Below the pieces are notes generated by a model. The model was not told the DNA's origin and made no database searches. It saw only the letters and a list, made by a program, of their open reading frames with translations. DNA of 64,000 bases. It comes from Macrostomum lignano. Taxonomy: Eukaryota. Positions 44,201-56,500 of the stretch are shown here, piece by piece. Within the stretch, counting starts at the first letter, position 1. Each line of letters begins with the position of its first letter. The position numbers and the translations under genes were made by a program. The stretch covers positions 62,001 to 126,000 of the forward strand of contig NIVC01000504.1 in assembly GCA_002269645.1 (NCBI GenBank). Direction: 5' to 3'.

Positions 44201-45908
44201 TATATGTATGCAGGGCCCGTCCTGATTTCTTTATAAAATAGTCACCGTTTAGTCAATTTGAATTCACGCCAAAACTAAGAAACATATTTTGTTTTAATAC
44301 TTGTATTTTCTATAATATTTTGCACTAACAAATTTTTGTTTAAAACTATAGCAAATTTTAGTATAAATAGAAGCAATTTCAGCAGAGGAGGAGACCAACC
44401 TCACGTATCACGGTTCCGCAATAAGTGATTGATAGCAAATAGTAAGAGTTCCGAGAAAATAAGAGTTAAAGAAGTGCTTTCTGTGTTAATTCCTTTTACG
44501 AAGTAAGAGTGAAATAGACTAAAGCGTATACAGTACATACTATTAAGAAGCAGCAGTATTGAGTAGCAAGAGAATACAAAGTAGATCTGAAGTGATATGT
44601 GTAAGAATAACTGGAGGCTGTGACCCTCTGATCTCGGTAACACCCAAGGACTTGCAAAGTACATGGAATACATATACCAGTATAGCCAATAGACCACTCA
44701 GGCCAAAAGTACAGTAAACACTACCGGAATCAGAATAAATGCTACTAGAATAACAGAGGAATAAAATCTTTAAGGGCTAATAGTTTTCTAAGAATAATAC
44801 TCAGACTAAATACTAAGATATATACTCAGATCAATTCTAAGAAACATTTTCAGATTATTCTAAGATTAAAACTCATAATTTATTAATAGGATAATCCTGG
44901 TGGCAGCTACCAACTTAACAAGAACACTTAAAGATTAGTATAGGAAGTTAGCCCAAGAACAACTTGGTGACTTAGTGATAGGATTTACTAGAGAGAACAA
45001 TAACCACTGTTACTACTTTTGGTGGCATTTAGTGATAAAGTAGGAGGAAAAAGGCCTGTTACATATGTACAAATGCTACCAATAGATACATATACACTAC
45101 GAGTACAAAAGAAGATAGACAAATAGATATGCTACCAGTAAAAATAAGCAAAAGTACATGCAAAGTACATTATTAACTATCAATAAAAGAACATAGGTAT
45201 TACCCTAGCACTACTTGGTGACAGTTTTTAGGACATTTATTAGTGAGAGCAATTAGCACTACTAAAACATTAGTGGCATTGATAGGATTATTCCAAGGGA
45301 TAGAAGTTAGCCTTATGTCATATTCCTGTCCTTATACTATTATACAAATTAATTTGAAATGTTTTTCAATCTTTTAGAAGTATATCTTTTCCGATTTTGG
45401 GCTTCATTTTAAAATTTTAGTATAAAATATAAAAAATTTGACTAATTATAACTTTTTTCATATTTGCAAAATTTAAACACTTATCAGAAAGCAGCATTTA
45501 TCAAATTTTTTAGTTTATATTGTAGCTTCTTTATATTGTTTTTTATTAGAGGCAGAAAGGTTGTAGGCACATTGGTGCACTTTAAGCAACATAGGCACAC
45601 AACTGGCAAGAGGCATTACTGCCCATTCTACCAACTCCCCTGAGCAGGCATATAAGCGCACAGATATGTACACAGGCACACACTCACACAGGAGTGTATA
45701 GCGGCCCTAACTTTATTTTATTGTTAGGCATGCATACTTCACTATGCCCTGGCCCTTGGGGGGTTGGCTTTCAAGGCCGTTAATTGCATAAGCAGAGCCA
45801 AGCTGAATTTCCAATTTAGCCCCAAATTAATGTGACTGCACTTGGAATCAAGCCTAGGTTGCTGGCACACCAGAGCCTGTGCTATTGCTAGGCTATGGCA
45901 CCCTCACC

Positions 45909-46390
45909 CCATAGTCCGGATCATGCTGGGTGCACGCCTGAACAAAAATTGAATAATTACAAATGCACGCCGAAAAAAATTTAATGTATGCCCATTCTAA
46001 AAAATATGCCGGTATTGCGACAATAAAATACCTTTTTTAAATTGCGTAATAGACCCTTAATATTAGATAATTTTGTTGCTTTTAAAGCTTTTTTGGTGAT
46101 ATTATTAACAGCGGAAAGTTTATACATGCAAAGATTTGTTTAAATAGTTTTTTATGAGCTGGAAAACCCGGAAAACTTAAAATTTGCGCTTGAAAATGAA
46201 CTTTTTTCATCTTTTTTATACTTTACAATAACTTTTACACATGATTCTATAAAGTGCACGCCAGGTGTGCACGCATACTATTTTCTTAGGAGTGATGCAC
46301 GCCAACTGTGCACGCCTAATTTTGGCATGCAAGGTCAATGCACGCCCGAATTTTCGGGTGTATAGGCCTACTATATGATCCGGAGTGTGG
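45909..46390. mobile_element. MITE with an imperfect 8-bp TSD (hAT-like)
   Basis: Ends CCATAGTCCGGATCAT and ATGATCCGGAGTGTGG, with flanks CCCTCACC/CCCTCACT and internal TGCACGCC repeats. A related left end lies at ~41857. Confidence 0.55.
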
Positions 46391-48560
46391 CCCTCACTTT
46401 TATATTGTTTAGGCCTACTGTTTTTATTTTAATCACTTCTAAAGTTGATAGGCCTACTTTATTTATGTTTTTTTTCAATTTTTTCCTCCTTGTATTATTG
46501 TATATAGCTCATGGAACTTGCTATTTAGATAATTTAGGCCAAAATTTAGATAAAAGCCTCTTAATCTCAATCAAGCTTTCATTGGGATTGGGAATTTGAT
46601 AATAATAGCCTAAACTATGCCAACTTATTCTTTTTTTATAAAAGACAAGTTTAAAAATTATAGGCCCTATTTAAAACTAAAAATTAACAATACAATAGCC
46701 TATTGTCTATGTAGACCTATGTCTACGCCATACATAGGTCTAAAGCCATGCCCATAGGCCTACCTGGCTCCATCTAGACTTTTGTATATTTTTACAATTG
46801 AAGTAGACCTAAAATGGTAATAATTTCTTCTAGCATAAAAAAGTCAGTATAAAATGCAAAGCCAATAAAAACTTTATTATTCTTAACTATTCTTCTAGCA
46901 GAATGGGCGCCCGCGCCTTCCCGCTGTGTCCCCTCCGGGACAGCCCTGCAGCTAAGTAACTATTCTTTGTATTACTAATACTAATAGGGGCCTATAGATA
47001 TACTTAATAGAATAGCTTGAAAAAATTCTTAGTTCTTACTTTTCAAAAGATTAGCTTTGTTGACCCCGGTCAGGAAAAAATTTTTAATATGCTGAATTAC
47101 ATGTACCAAAGGCCAGGGTGGGGGAATAAATTTAAGGCTCTGGCGATGAGCGTATGTTTATAGGCCTAGCACGAGATTAGTTCGAAGGCTCTCTCACAGT
47201 CTGTCTTGGTGGGTTTCCTTTAAAAAGAAGTAAAGATTATGATGAAACTCTCTTATTGCTGCATACTGCATAGCTATTCAAAAAATAAAATGAATATCCT
47301 CAAACATTTTAATCGCGTAAGTTGCAGTTTACAGTCGGCTTGCACACACATCTTTTAAAGATATTTGTTTTATTCTGTAATTCTACTTAGACACCGGATT
47401 TTGTTATCGGAAGTGTGGGTAGATAAGTTAAAATGTGACTCAAATATGGATAAAACATCTTCGACGAGTTGATACAAAAGGCCTGATCACTCCCATTAAA
47501 ACTAGACGAGCTAGCAAACTTAGCGATAGTAGCTCGTATCTATGCATTTTTGCCCATAGACATGGAATTTTGAGCGAGCACTTTCGAAATCGTCAAGTGT
47601 AGCAAAAGCTTCATGAAACAGAAATGACTACAATCTGTCACTTTTCACTTGTCGTACTAGGCCCTAGTCAAACTGTCACTTGTCTCTTGGTACATGTAGT
47701 TGTAGTTTTCTCATAAAATCCACCCCAGACGTAACATTTCATAAAAAGTTAAGGTTAGTTTTTTAAAGAGATTAAAAACTGCAAGTATGGTGTTCTAATT
47801 TTTTCACACTTCTTCATAATCCATGTTTCAACTGTCAAGCACTTTAGTTTTTATAACTAACGGTTCTGTCTATGGATTTGAGGGTTCGCAGACCTCTGAT
47901 TTCGCTATTCCTGCCCGAAAATCTATAGGCAGAGCTGTGCTGTCTCATCATTTCGAAGGCGCCACTAATCATTAACCAATAACCATAGACAAAACTAGCG
48001 CGCGTGCACAGAATGAACTCTTGTCCGCGTTTCAAAACCGCGGGAACACATTGACGATTCCATGGGCCATGGGGCCCGCAAAATCATTGGACAAAACTAG
48101 GCAATCGCCCACCATGCGGGGTCAACCATGGATCTAATACTATGGGGTTAACATAAGAAAACCCTGGTCAGTGTAATCTCAGTCAGCGTTCCACTCAAAG
48201 TCGGAGTTAAATAGTTTAATTTGCTATGAAGTTTGAAATGGAACAACGCGAAGGCCATAGATTATGCATTTGAACGAGCCTCGTACTTTCTTTATCATCG
48301 TGATTTGCGAGTTTTCCTGTCTTGAGTGATAAGACGTCATTGTGTTGTCCTTTAAAACCCTACGCTGTATTGTTATTCTCATTTAAATAAAAAATAAATC
48401 AGGCCAAATGCTACGCTTACCAAACATTTATTATAATTTGGTGCCTTTTGAACCGCAGCTTGTTACGCTAGTTTATTTACATAACACATCTGGACTCAAA
48501 TAGTCTCATCAATAGTAGTAGTTCGTCTATTAACAGTCACCGAATGTGCATCAATGTAAT

Positions 48561-49238
48561 TTACAAAGCCAAAGTATCTTTCAGAATCTTCTTAACGGCG
48601 CCGCCCATGGTAGCTTGCACTGGATCGTCGTTACAAGTGGAGTAGTGCACCCGGAAATGATGCGGCGTCAACAGTGGACATTGCATATCCAAGATCTGAT
48701 CGAAATCGCCAGTTCTAGCCAGTTTAGGCTTATAGGTGTCCGGATTCACCATAGTGTCGTTAATATAAAATATCGCATCTGTGACGGCTTGAGTGAGCTT
48801 GTCGCGATGAGCAGATCTGGCAGTTTCGGTGTCAAACGAGGTCAAATTAACGTGAACAATCCAGATCTCCCAGGGCACCGGATCGCTAGCGAAGACGCCC
48901 CATTTGGCTCGCTTCTGCTCGTGAAATTCCAGTGCAACACTGCCGGTGCCTCGCTCGGAACTCTGACCAGACCGGAGCTGCTTGACAAACGCCTGAATTG
49001 GTTGATTGACTTTGTTAACAACTTCATCGCAGGATACTCGAGTGTAAGTGACTTCGATTGATTCGCAGTCCTCGTCAGTCAGTCCAGCGGCTCCCACAGT
49101 CCAGGTGTTGCCGCCCTCTTTAACAGAGATTTTAGCGTAGCAACGGTGTAGCAGAACTGTGTGGAATACCGAACGGACCACTTCTTCAACTTCCATGCCC
49201 TCCAAGTCGAAGGAGAACGTGTGCTTTTGAACGTTCAT
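48561..49238 (-). CDS. ATG101: Autophagy-related protein 101 (HORMA), intronless CDS, 225 aa
   Basis: VFHTVLLHR, TYTRVS, LEFHEQKRAKW..F...VPWEIW and the C-terminal KDTLAL match the ATG101 family. Confidence 0.95.
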   Translation of the reverse strand: MNVQKHTFSFDLEGMEVEEVVRSVFHTVLLHRCYAKISVKEGGNTWTVGAAGLTDEDCESIEVTYTRVSCDEVVNKVNQPIQAFVKQLRSGQSSERGTGSVALEFHEQKRAKWGVFASDPVPWEIWIVHVNLTSFDTETARSAHRDKLTQAVTDAIFYINDTMVNPDTYKPKLARTGDFDQILDMQCPLLTPHHFRVHYSTCNDDPVQATMGGAVKKILKDTLAL

Positions 49239-49364
49239 GTTTTTTCTTCAATAACTGCAATGAGGAGTTTGCATCCATTAACCGATTGGAATATTTGGAG
49301 GAATTTAATTGTTGTTCTATCAAAGGGAACTATGGGAATAATTAATCCCGTGGAAATATTTCCT

Positions 49365-50230
49365 AATGAGAACAGATTCTCAATCTCTCCATCAGAACAG
49401 ATCCTCGATTTCCTCATGAGAACAGATCCTTAATTCATTCATCAGAACAAATCCTTAACTCTACCCATGAGAGCAGATCTTCAATTCTCCCATGAGAACA
49501 GATCCTCAATTCACCCATCAGAACAGATCCTCAATTCTCCCATGAGAACAGATCCTCAATTTCCTCATGAGAACAGATCCTCAATTCTCCCATCAGAACA
49601 GATCCTCAATTCTCCCATGAGAACAGATCCTCAATTTCCTCATGAGAACAGATCTTCAATTCTCCCATGAGAACAGATCCTCAATTCACCCATCAGAACA
49701 GATCTTCAATTCTCCCATGAGAACAGATCCTCAATTCACCCATCAGAACAGATTCTCAATTCACCCATGAGAACAGATTCTCAATCTCTCCATCAGAACA
49801 GATCCTCGATTTCCTCATGAGAACAGATCCTCAATTCTCCCATGAGAACAGATCCTTAATTCCTTCATCAGAACAAATCCTTAACTCTACCCATGAGAAC
49901 AGATCCTTAACTCCCTATGAAAACATATCAACTTCCCAGTGAGAACAGATTCAATTCTCCCATGCGAACAGATCCTCAATTCTCCCATGAGAACAAATTC
50001 TTAAGTCCCTTATGAGAACAGATCCTTAATTCCATCGTGAGAACACATCTTTAATTCCCTCATGAGAACAGATCCTTAATTCCATCGTGAGAACACATCT
50101 TTAATTCCCTCATGAGAACAGATCCTTAATTCCATCGTGAGAACACATCTTTAATTCCCTCATGAGAACAGATCCTTAATTCCATCGTGAGAACACATCT
50201 TTAATTCCCTCATGAGAACAAATCCTTAGT
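49365..50230. repeat. 25-bp minisatellite changing to a 50-bp dimer, between NAT10 and ATG101
   Basis: catgagaacagatcctcaattctcc units; 50-bp period at 50041, 50091, 50141... Confidence 0.95.
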
Positions 50231-50527
50231 TTCCTCCCAAGATGCCTAAAACTTTTCTGAGAAATACATATTTAAGCTGCAATAGAACTAAAAAACCAGA
50301 ACTAAACCACAGACCCTAAAATGCTAAATTTCAGTTTAAAACAAAAGCAAAACAGCATTGGTTTTTTATCCACAAACAACAAAAAAGTAGCCGAGAGAAA
50401 TGCTGCAGACAGATGATGAAGCAATCAAACAAAGCATAAAATGCCATATATTTACTAGCTGGCTACTTTCAGTAAAGTAGTCAATGCACTTTTTAATTTC
50501 TAATCAATTTGATGAAAACAATTTTAT

Positions 50528-53500
50528 TCATTTAAACTTCGGCTTCTTTTTCTTTCCGCCTCCGCCGTGACCGCCGCCGCGTTTTTTGCCGCCAGGCTGC
50601 TGCTGCTGCTGCTGCTGCTTGCTCTTGGCGCTGTTCACCCGATTCAAAGTCGGCAGCGCCGATCCCGGCGCAGCATCGGCCGGTATGGCGAACTCCTCAG
50701 CGCCGCCGTCGGCTAGTAGGAGTTCCTGAAGTCGGCGACGATGCTCGGCTTCGACTTCGGCGGCTCCGGTGTTGAGCTCGTCGGCTAGGCTTGGCTGCTG
50801 CTGACCCGACCCGACCAAGGGCGCTTCGGACGGTCGAAGGTCGGGCAGTAGGCGCTCAGCAACGCCGGCCTCTTGAAGTTCGCGCAGAGTTCGTTCGGCT
50901 TTACGAATTATTCGATTAAATAGGCCGAGGACCTGATTGGTTGAAAGGCAGGTGTTTTCAATGTCATTTAAAAAAGAAATTTCGATACATATCGGCTTTT
51001 TAAAAACTATCGATTTCGATACATATCAGCTTTTTAAGAACTAGGGATTTCGATACATATCGGCTTTTTAAAAACCTAGAGATTTCGATACACGTCGGCT
51101 TTTAAAAAACTAAGGACTTCGATACATATCGGCTCCCAATAAAATAGAGATTTCGATACATATCGGCTCCCAATAAAATAGAGATTTCGATACATATCGG
51201 CTTTTTAAAAACTATCGATTTCGATAGATATCGGCTTTAAAAAAACTAAGGACTTCGATACATATCTGCTCCCAATAAAATAGAGATTTCGATACATATC
51301 GGCTTCTAAAAAATAGGAACTTCGATACATATCGGCTCATAAATAAAAACAGGGATTTGATACAATTCAACTTTTAGTAAACTATAAGTTTCGATACATA
51401 CCGGCTCTTAAAAACCTAAGCTTGGAATGAAATATACTTCATTGTAAAGAAAGTCAATGCAAACTGACTTTTGAACTTTTGAACAATACAAACTAAATAA
51501 ACACTTATCAAACAGTTATTCGATAACTAACTTCTAGCTGAATATTTACCTGAGAAACCGGCATTGACAGGTCGGCGGCCACAGAATCGGCGGATTTCAT
51601 TTGCAGTCCGCAGCCCAGCAGAATGGCCTGCTGAGTGACGGTTAGGCCGCCCATCTCGCCTAAGTCGCCAGCGAAATACAATCGAGCCAGTGGGCAGAGC
51701 AAGTCCGTGATTAGATAATGATCGGCCTGAATAGAATGCGTCGGTTTTCTTATAGTTGGCTAATTGTTAATTTCGATACATATCGGCAACTTGACTTAAG
51801 TTAGTTCGCAAATAAACAGTGCGATCTAAATAGGTACAATTAAAACTAGAATAAAAAACTAGAATACCAAACTTTTAGATACGCATCCAATGCCAGTGCT
51901 TATTTCGATACATATCGGCTTCTCTATCTTGAAATACCGAAAAATATAATTTTCGATACACATCGGCTACCTTATCTTAAGAGACCGAAAAAGAAAGTCT
52001 TCGATACATATCGGCTACTTTATATTAAAAGACCGAAAGTATAGTTTTCCATACATATCGGCTACTTTATCTTAAATATAGTTTTCGATAAATATTGGCT
52101 ACTTTATATTAGACCGAAAATTGGTTCTCCATATATATCGGTTACTTTATCTTAAGTATAGTTTTAGGTACATTTCAGCTACTTTATCTTAAATATGGTT
52201 TTCGATAAATATCGGCTACTGTATCTTAAATATTGTTTTCGATACATATCGACTACTGTATCTTAAATGTGGTTTTCGATACATATCGGCTAATGTATCT
52301 TAAAGATGGTTTTCGATACATATCAGCTACTTTATCTTAAATATTGTTTTCGATACATATCGGCTACTGTATCTTAAATGTGGTTTTCGATACATATCAG
52401 CTACTTTATCTTAAATATTGTTTTCGATACATATCGGCTACTGTATCTTAAAGATGGTTTTCGATACATATCGGCTACTGTATCTTAACAGACTGAAAAT
52501 ATAGTTTTCGATACATATCGGCTTTCTAACCTGAGCAGCGGCATAGTCGCTCAGCCGACGCAGATCGTAGGCGCTGAACGATTGCTCAACTCTGGCCGAA
52601 TTCAACACCGGCGGTCGACGCGCCTGCAGCTGACGGTGCCGAACCAATTCGAGAGCGAAGGCGACTGGCAAGCGTCGAAGCGAATCCCCGGCTAGCAGGT
52701 AAATCAATCGACGCCTAAAATCGACAAAATAGTCCAATAGCCAGTCGGGATGCGGAGCGTCGTTAGTTGCTAGGTGACGCAATAGTACAGCCGAATGCTC
52801 GCCAGTGATGGCGTTGGGAGTCTGGCGCAGGTACAGCGGAGCGAAGCCGGCCCGCTTCCAGAAACGGGTGAGATCGTGCGTCAGGCCGAAGCTGACGGCC
52901 AGGTAGTGCAGCGGCTCCGGACGGCGCTCCGTCAGAGCGGACAGCAGGGGAGGCAGCTGGGATCTAGCGGCGGATTAAGGCCAAAGGAAGTGTCAATGAC
53001 GCTTTTGGGTAAAAGCGAGTGGAAAGTTAACAAACACATGGGATTTTAGATACAGATCGGGATCAGAAAGTTGGGATGGCAAGGGGATTCATTTGGAATT
53101 AAAGCAGGATGGGGATTTGAGCAAGGATTCGGGATCATGTCAGGATGGGGTTGTAGGGAGGGATCTGGGATCAAATCAGGATAGGGATTTAGGGAAAGAT
53201 TTGAATGAAATCAAGATGGGGATTTGGGGCTTGCAGCCTAGTGGTTAGAGCGTCGGACTCACGACTGAAAGGTCGGGGGTTCGATTCCCGGTCCCACTGG
53301 AACAATTTGTGTCCTTGAGCAAGACACTTAACTCTGCATTGTTTAAGTCCACCCAGCTGTAAAATGGGTGCCAGCATTAGCTGGGGTAATTGAGTGTGAG
53401 CTGTCGGTTGTACATCTGCCAATTAAGGCAGGTGTAATCAATTGTTATTAATATTATTATTATTATTACTACGGTAGCAACCAACAGATGGGCTAATATT

Positions 53501-56500
53501 TACCTAGACTTGGGCACCAAAGTCTCCGAGCTCAAGAAGCCGCCTTCATCTTGATCTCCGTCATCGCTTTGGTCGGCAGTAACCGCCCTGGATGCTGACA
53601 CTGCTTCCTCCTTCTCCGCCGCTGACTCCTCAGCCAGGAAGGGAAATTTTCCTTCATAATAATCAGCCAGCAACTGCAGCGCCCTGGATCCGTAGCCCAT
53701 TCGCTGATAATCCGGATGGGTGGCAACTCGAACCACCCGAGCACCGGATAGGGAAGGGAAATCCGCGTCCGAGAACTGCTGCGACACCGTCCAGGGCACC
53801 AGGTCTCCGGCTGGTCGGCGGCCTTGAGCTAGGGCGCGGTGCACCGAGTCGCGATTGATGGCACCTTCTAGGCACACCTGCGATATTGGAGTTTCAGGTT
53901 TGCTGTCTTTATCATTAATCCTTAACCCTCTCAGATTGCGATCTCCATCGTTAATCCTTAATCCTCCCAGATTGAAATCTCTATCAATAATCCTTAATCC
54001 TCTCAGATTGAGATCTCTATCGTTAATCCTTAATCCTCTCAGATTGCGATTTCTATCGTTAATCCTTAATCCTCTCAGTTTGAGATCTCTATCGTTAATC
54101 CTTAATCCTCTCAGATTGCGATTTCTATCGTTAATCCTTAATCCTCTCAGATTGCGATCTCTATTGTTAATCCTTAATCCTCTCAGATTGCGATCTCTAT
54201 TGTTAATCCTTAATCCTCCTAGATTGAAATCTCTATCAATAATCCTTAATCCTCTCAGTTTGAGATCTCTATCGTTAATCCTTAATCCTCTCAGATTGCG
54301 ATCTCTATTGTTAATCCTTAATCCTCTCAGATTGCGATCTCTATTGTTAATCCTTAATCCTCCTAGATTGAAATCTCTATCAATAATCCTGAATCCTCTC
54401 AGTTTGAGATCTCTATCGTTAATCCTTAATCCTCTCAGATTGCGATTTCTATCGTTAATCGTTAATCCTCTAAAATTGAGATCTCTATTGTTAATCCTTA
54501 ATCCTCCCAGATTGAAATCTCTATCAATAATCCTTAATCCTCTCAGATTGAGATCTCTATCGTTAATCCTTAATCCTCTCAGATTGCGATCTCCATAGTT
54601 AATCCTTAATTCTCTCAGATTGAGATCTCTATTGTTAATCTTTATTGATTTCAGATTGAGATCTCTATCATTAATCCCTAATCCACTCAGATTGAGATCT
54701 TTATAGTTAATCCTTAATCCTCTCGAATTGAGATCTCTATCGTTAATGCTTAATCCTCTTGAATAATAAATGATCCATATAATGACTCCCTAATCCCAAA
54801 CATGATTATGCCATATTTTGTATCACCTGCAGCACGCTGAGAATCTCAGGCAGCTGATTCGGTCCTGCCTGTTTATCAAACGGGCCCAATAGCACAAAAA
54901 TGTGATGCGCAGGTGCGTCCGATAGCATCTGCAAATCGTTAGGCGAATTCCGATAGTGACTGGACACGTACAGAGACATCAGCCGGTGTAGAAAGTTCTC
55001 AGTGAACTTGTGATAAGCAAACAAAGTGTCCCGATTGACGTAGTAGAGCTGGCACTGTGATGGGCTGGGGCAGCCGGAGTGCAGCATCGGCACTGATGAG
55101 CAGTCTAAGCAGAGCAGGTCGTTCAGCCAGGACTCGATTGGATCGCCTGGCCCGTAGCTGAGGGAGATAGTCGTTAGGGTATATATTTAATACACTAATA
55201 GTCAAGTATATAAAATCCTAATATGTAATCCCTTATTCTCCTACTAGCGCACTAAGCCTTCCATGGGGGGCATTCAAAATCATAATATTTGACCCCTAGT
55301 ATGGGCTTTATTTCTCTTGTTTCATATTTTGCGATACATATCGGCTTTATTTCTATAGTTCCAAATTTTGACTGGATCTTACTAATCCATTTAGCCTAAC
55401 AATGACTAAATCTTGCTAATCCATCTAGCTTAATCCTGACTGGATCTTGCTAATCCATCCAGCTTAATCATGACTGGATCTTGCTAATCCATCCAGCCTA
55501 ATCCTGACTGAATCTTGCTAATCCATCTAGCCTAATCCCGACTGGATCTTGCTAATCTATCTAGCCTAATCCTGACTGGATCTTGCTAATCCATCTAGCT
55601 TAATCCTGACTGGATCTTGCTAATCCTCCTAGCCTAATCCCGACTGGATCTTGCTAATCTATCTAGTCTAATCCTGACTGAATCTTGCTAATCCATCCAG
55701 CCTAATCATGACTGGATCTTACTAATCCATCCAGCCTAATCCTGACTGAATCTTGCTAATTTATCTAGCCTAATCCTGACTGGATCTTGCTAATCCATCT
55801 AGCCTAATCCTGACTGGATCTTGCTAATCCATCCAACCTAATCCTGACTGAATCTTGCTAATCCATCTAGCCTAATCCTGACTGGATCTTGCTAATCCAT
55901 CTAGCCTAATCCTGACTGGATCTTGCTAATCCATCTAGCCTAATCCTGACTGGATCTTGCTAATCTATCTAGCCTAATCCTGACTGGATCTTGCTAATCC
56001 ATCTAGCCTAATCATGACTGGATCTTGCTAATCCATCTAGCCTAATCCCGACTGGATCTTGCTAATCCATCTAGCCCGACTGGATCTTGCTAATCCATCT
56101 AGCCCGACTGGATCTTGCTAATCCATCTAGCCTAAGGTTCAACCCCAGTATCCAGCTTACCGAATAGACTCATCCAAGGTGATCTCCTTCAGCTGACTAG
56201 ACGCATCCTGCCTGAGCTGCGAGATCAGCTTCAACGATAGCGACCTACCAGTGCCTTCGTAGCCGTTGACAGTAGAGGACAGAAAGCACAGATTCGAGCC
56301 CATCATGGCTCGAACGGTAGCCAAGGGGATGGCGGCTGCTTCATCAATGCACAACAGTTCGGCAGAGTCTGGCTTTGAATTAGCCGAAGGCGCCAAGTAG
56401 GCGATGGTGTACCGATGCTGCTGAACCCGAAGACAGATTTTAACGATACATTTCGCACTGTCGGGATCTGAGCTTTCAACTATGGTAAAGTCAGTGTGCT

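Noticed and set aside
50985-52525. Conserved repeat with variable spacers as a CRISPR-like array
   Set aside because: It is in a eukaryotic intron, the spacers are related to each other and AT-rich, the spacing is too short, and there are no cas genes.
53226-53298. tRNA gene (likewise 37900-37969 and 39641-39715)
   Set aside because: The acceptor and anticodon stems pair poorly, the copies differ in the anticodon loop, and each continues into a shared SINE body.
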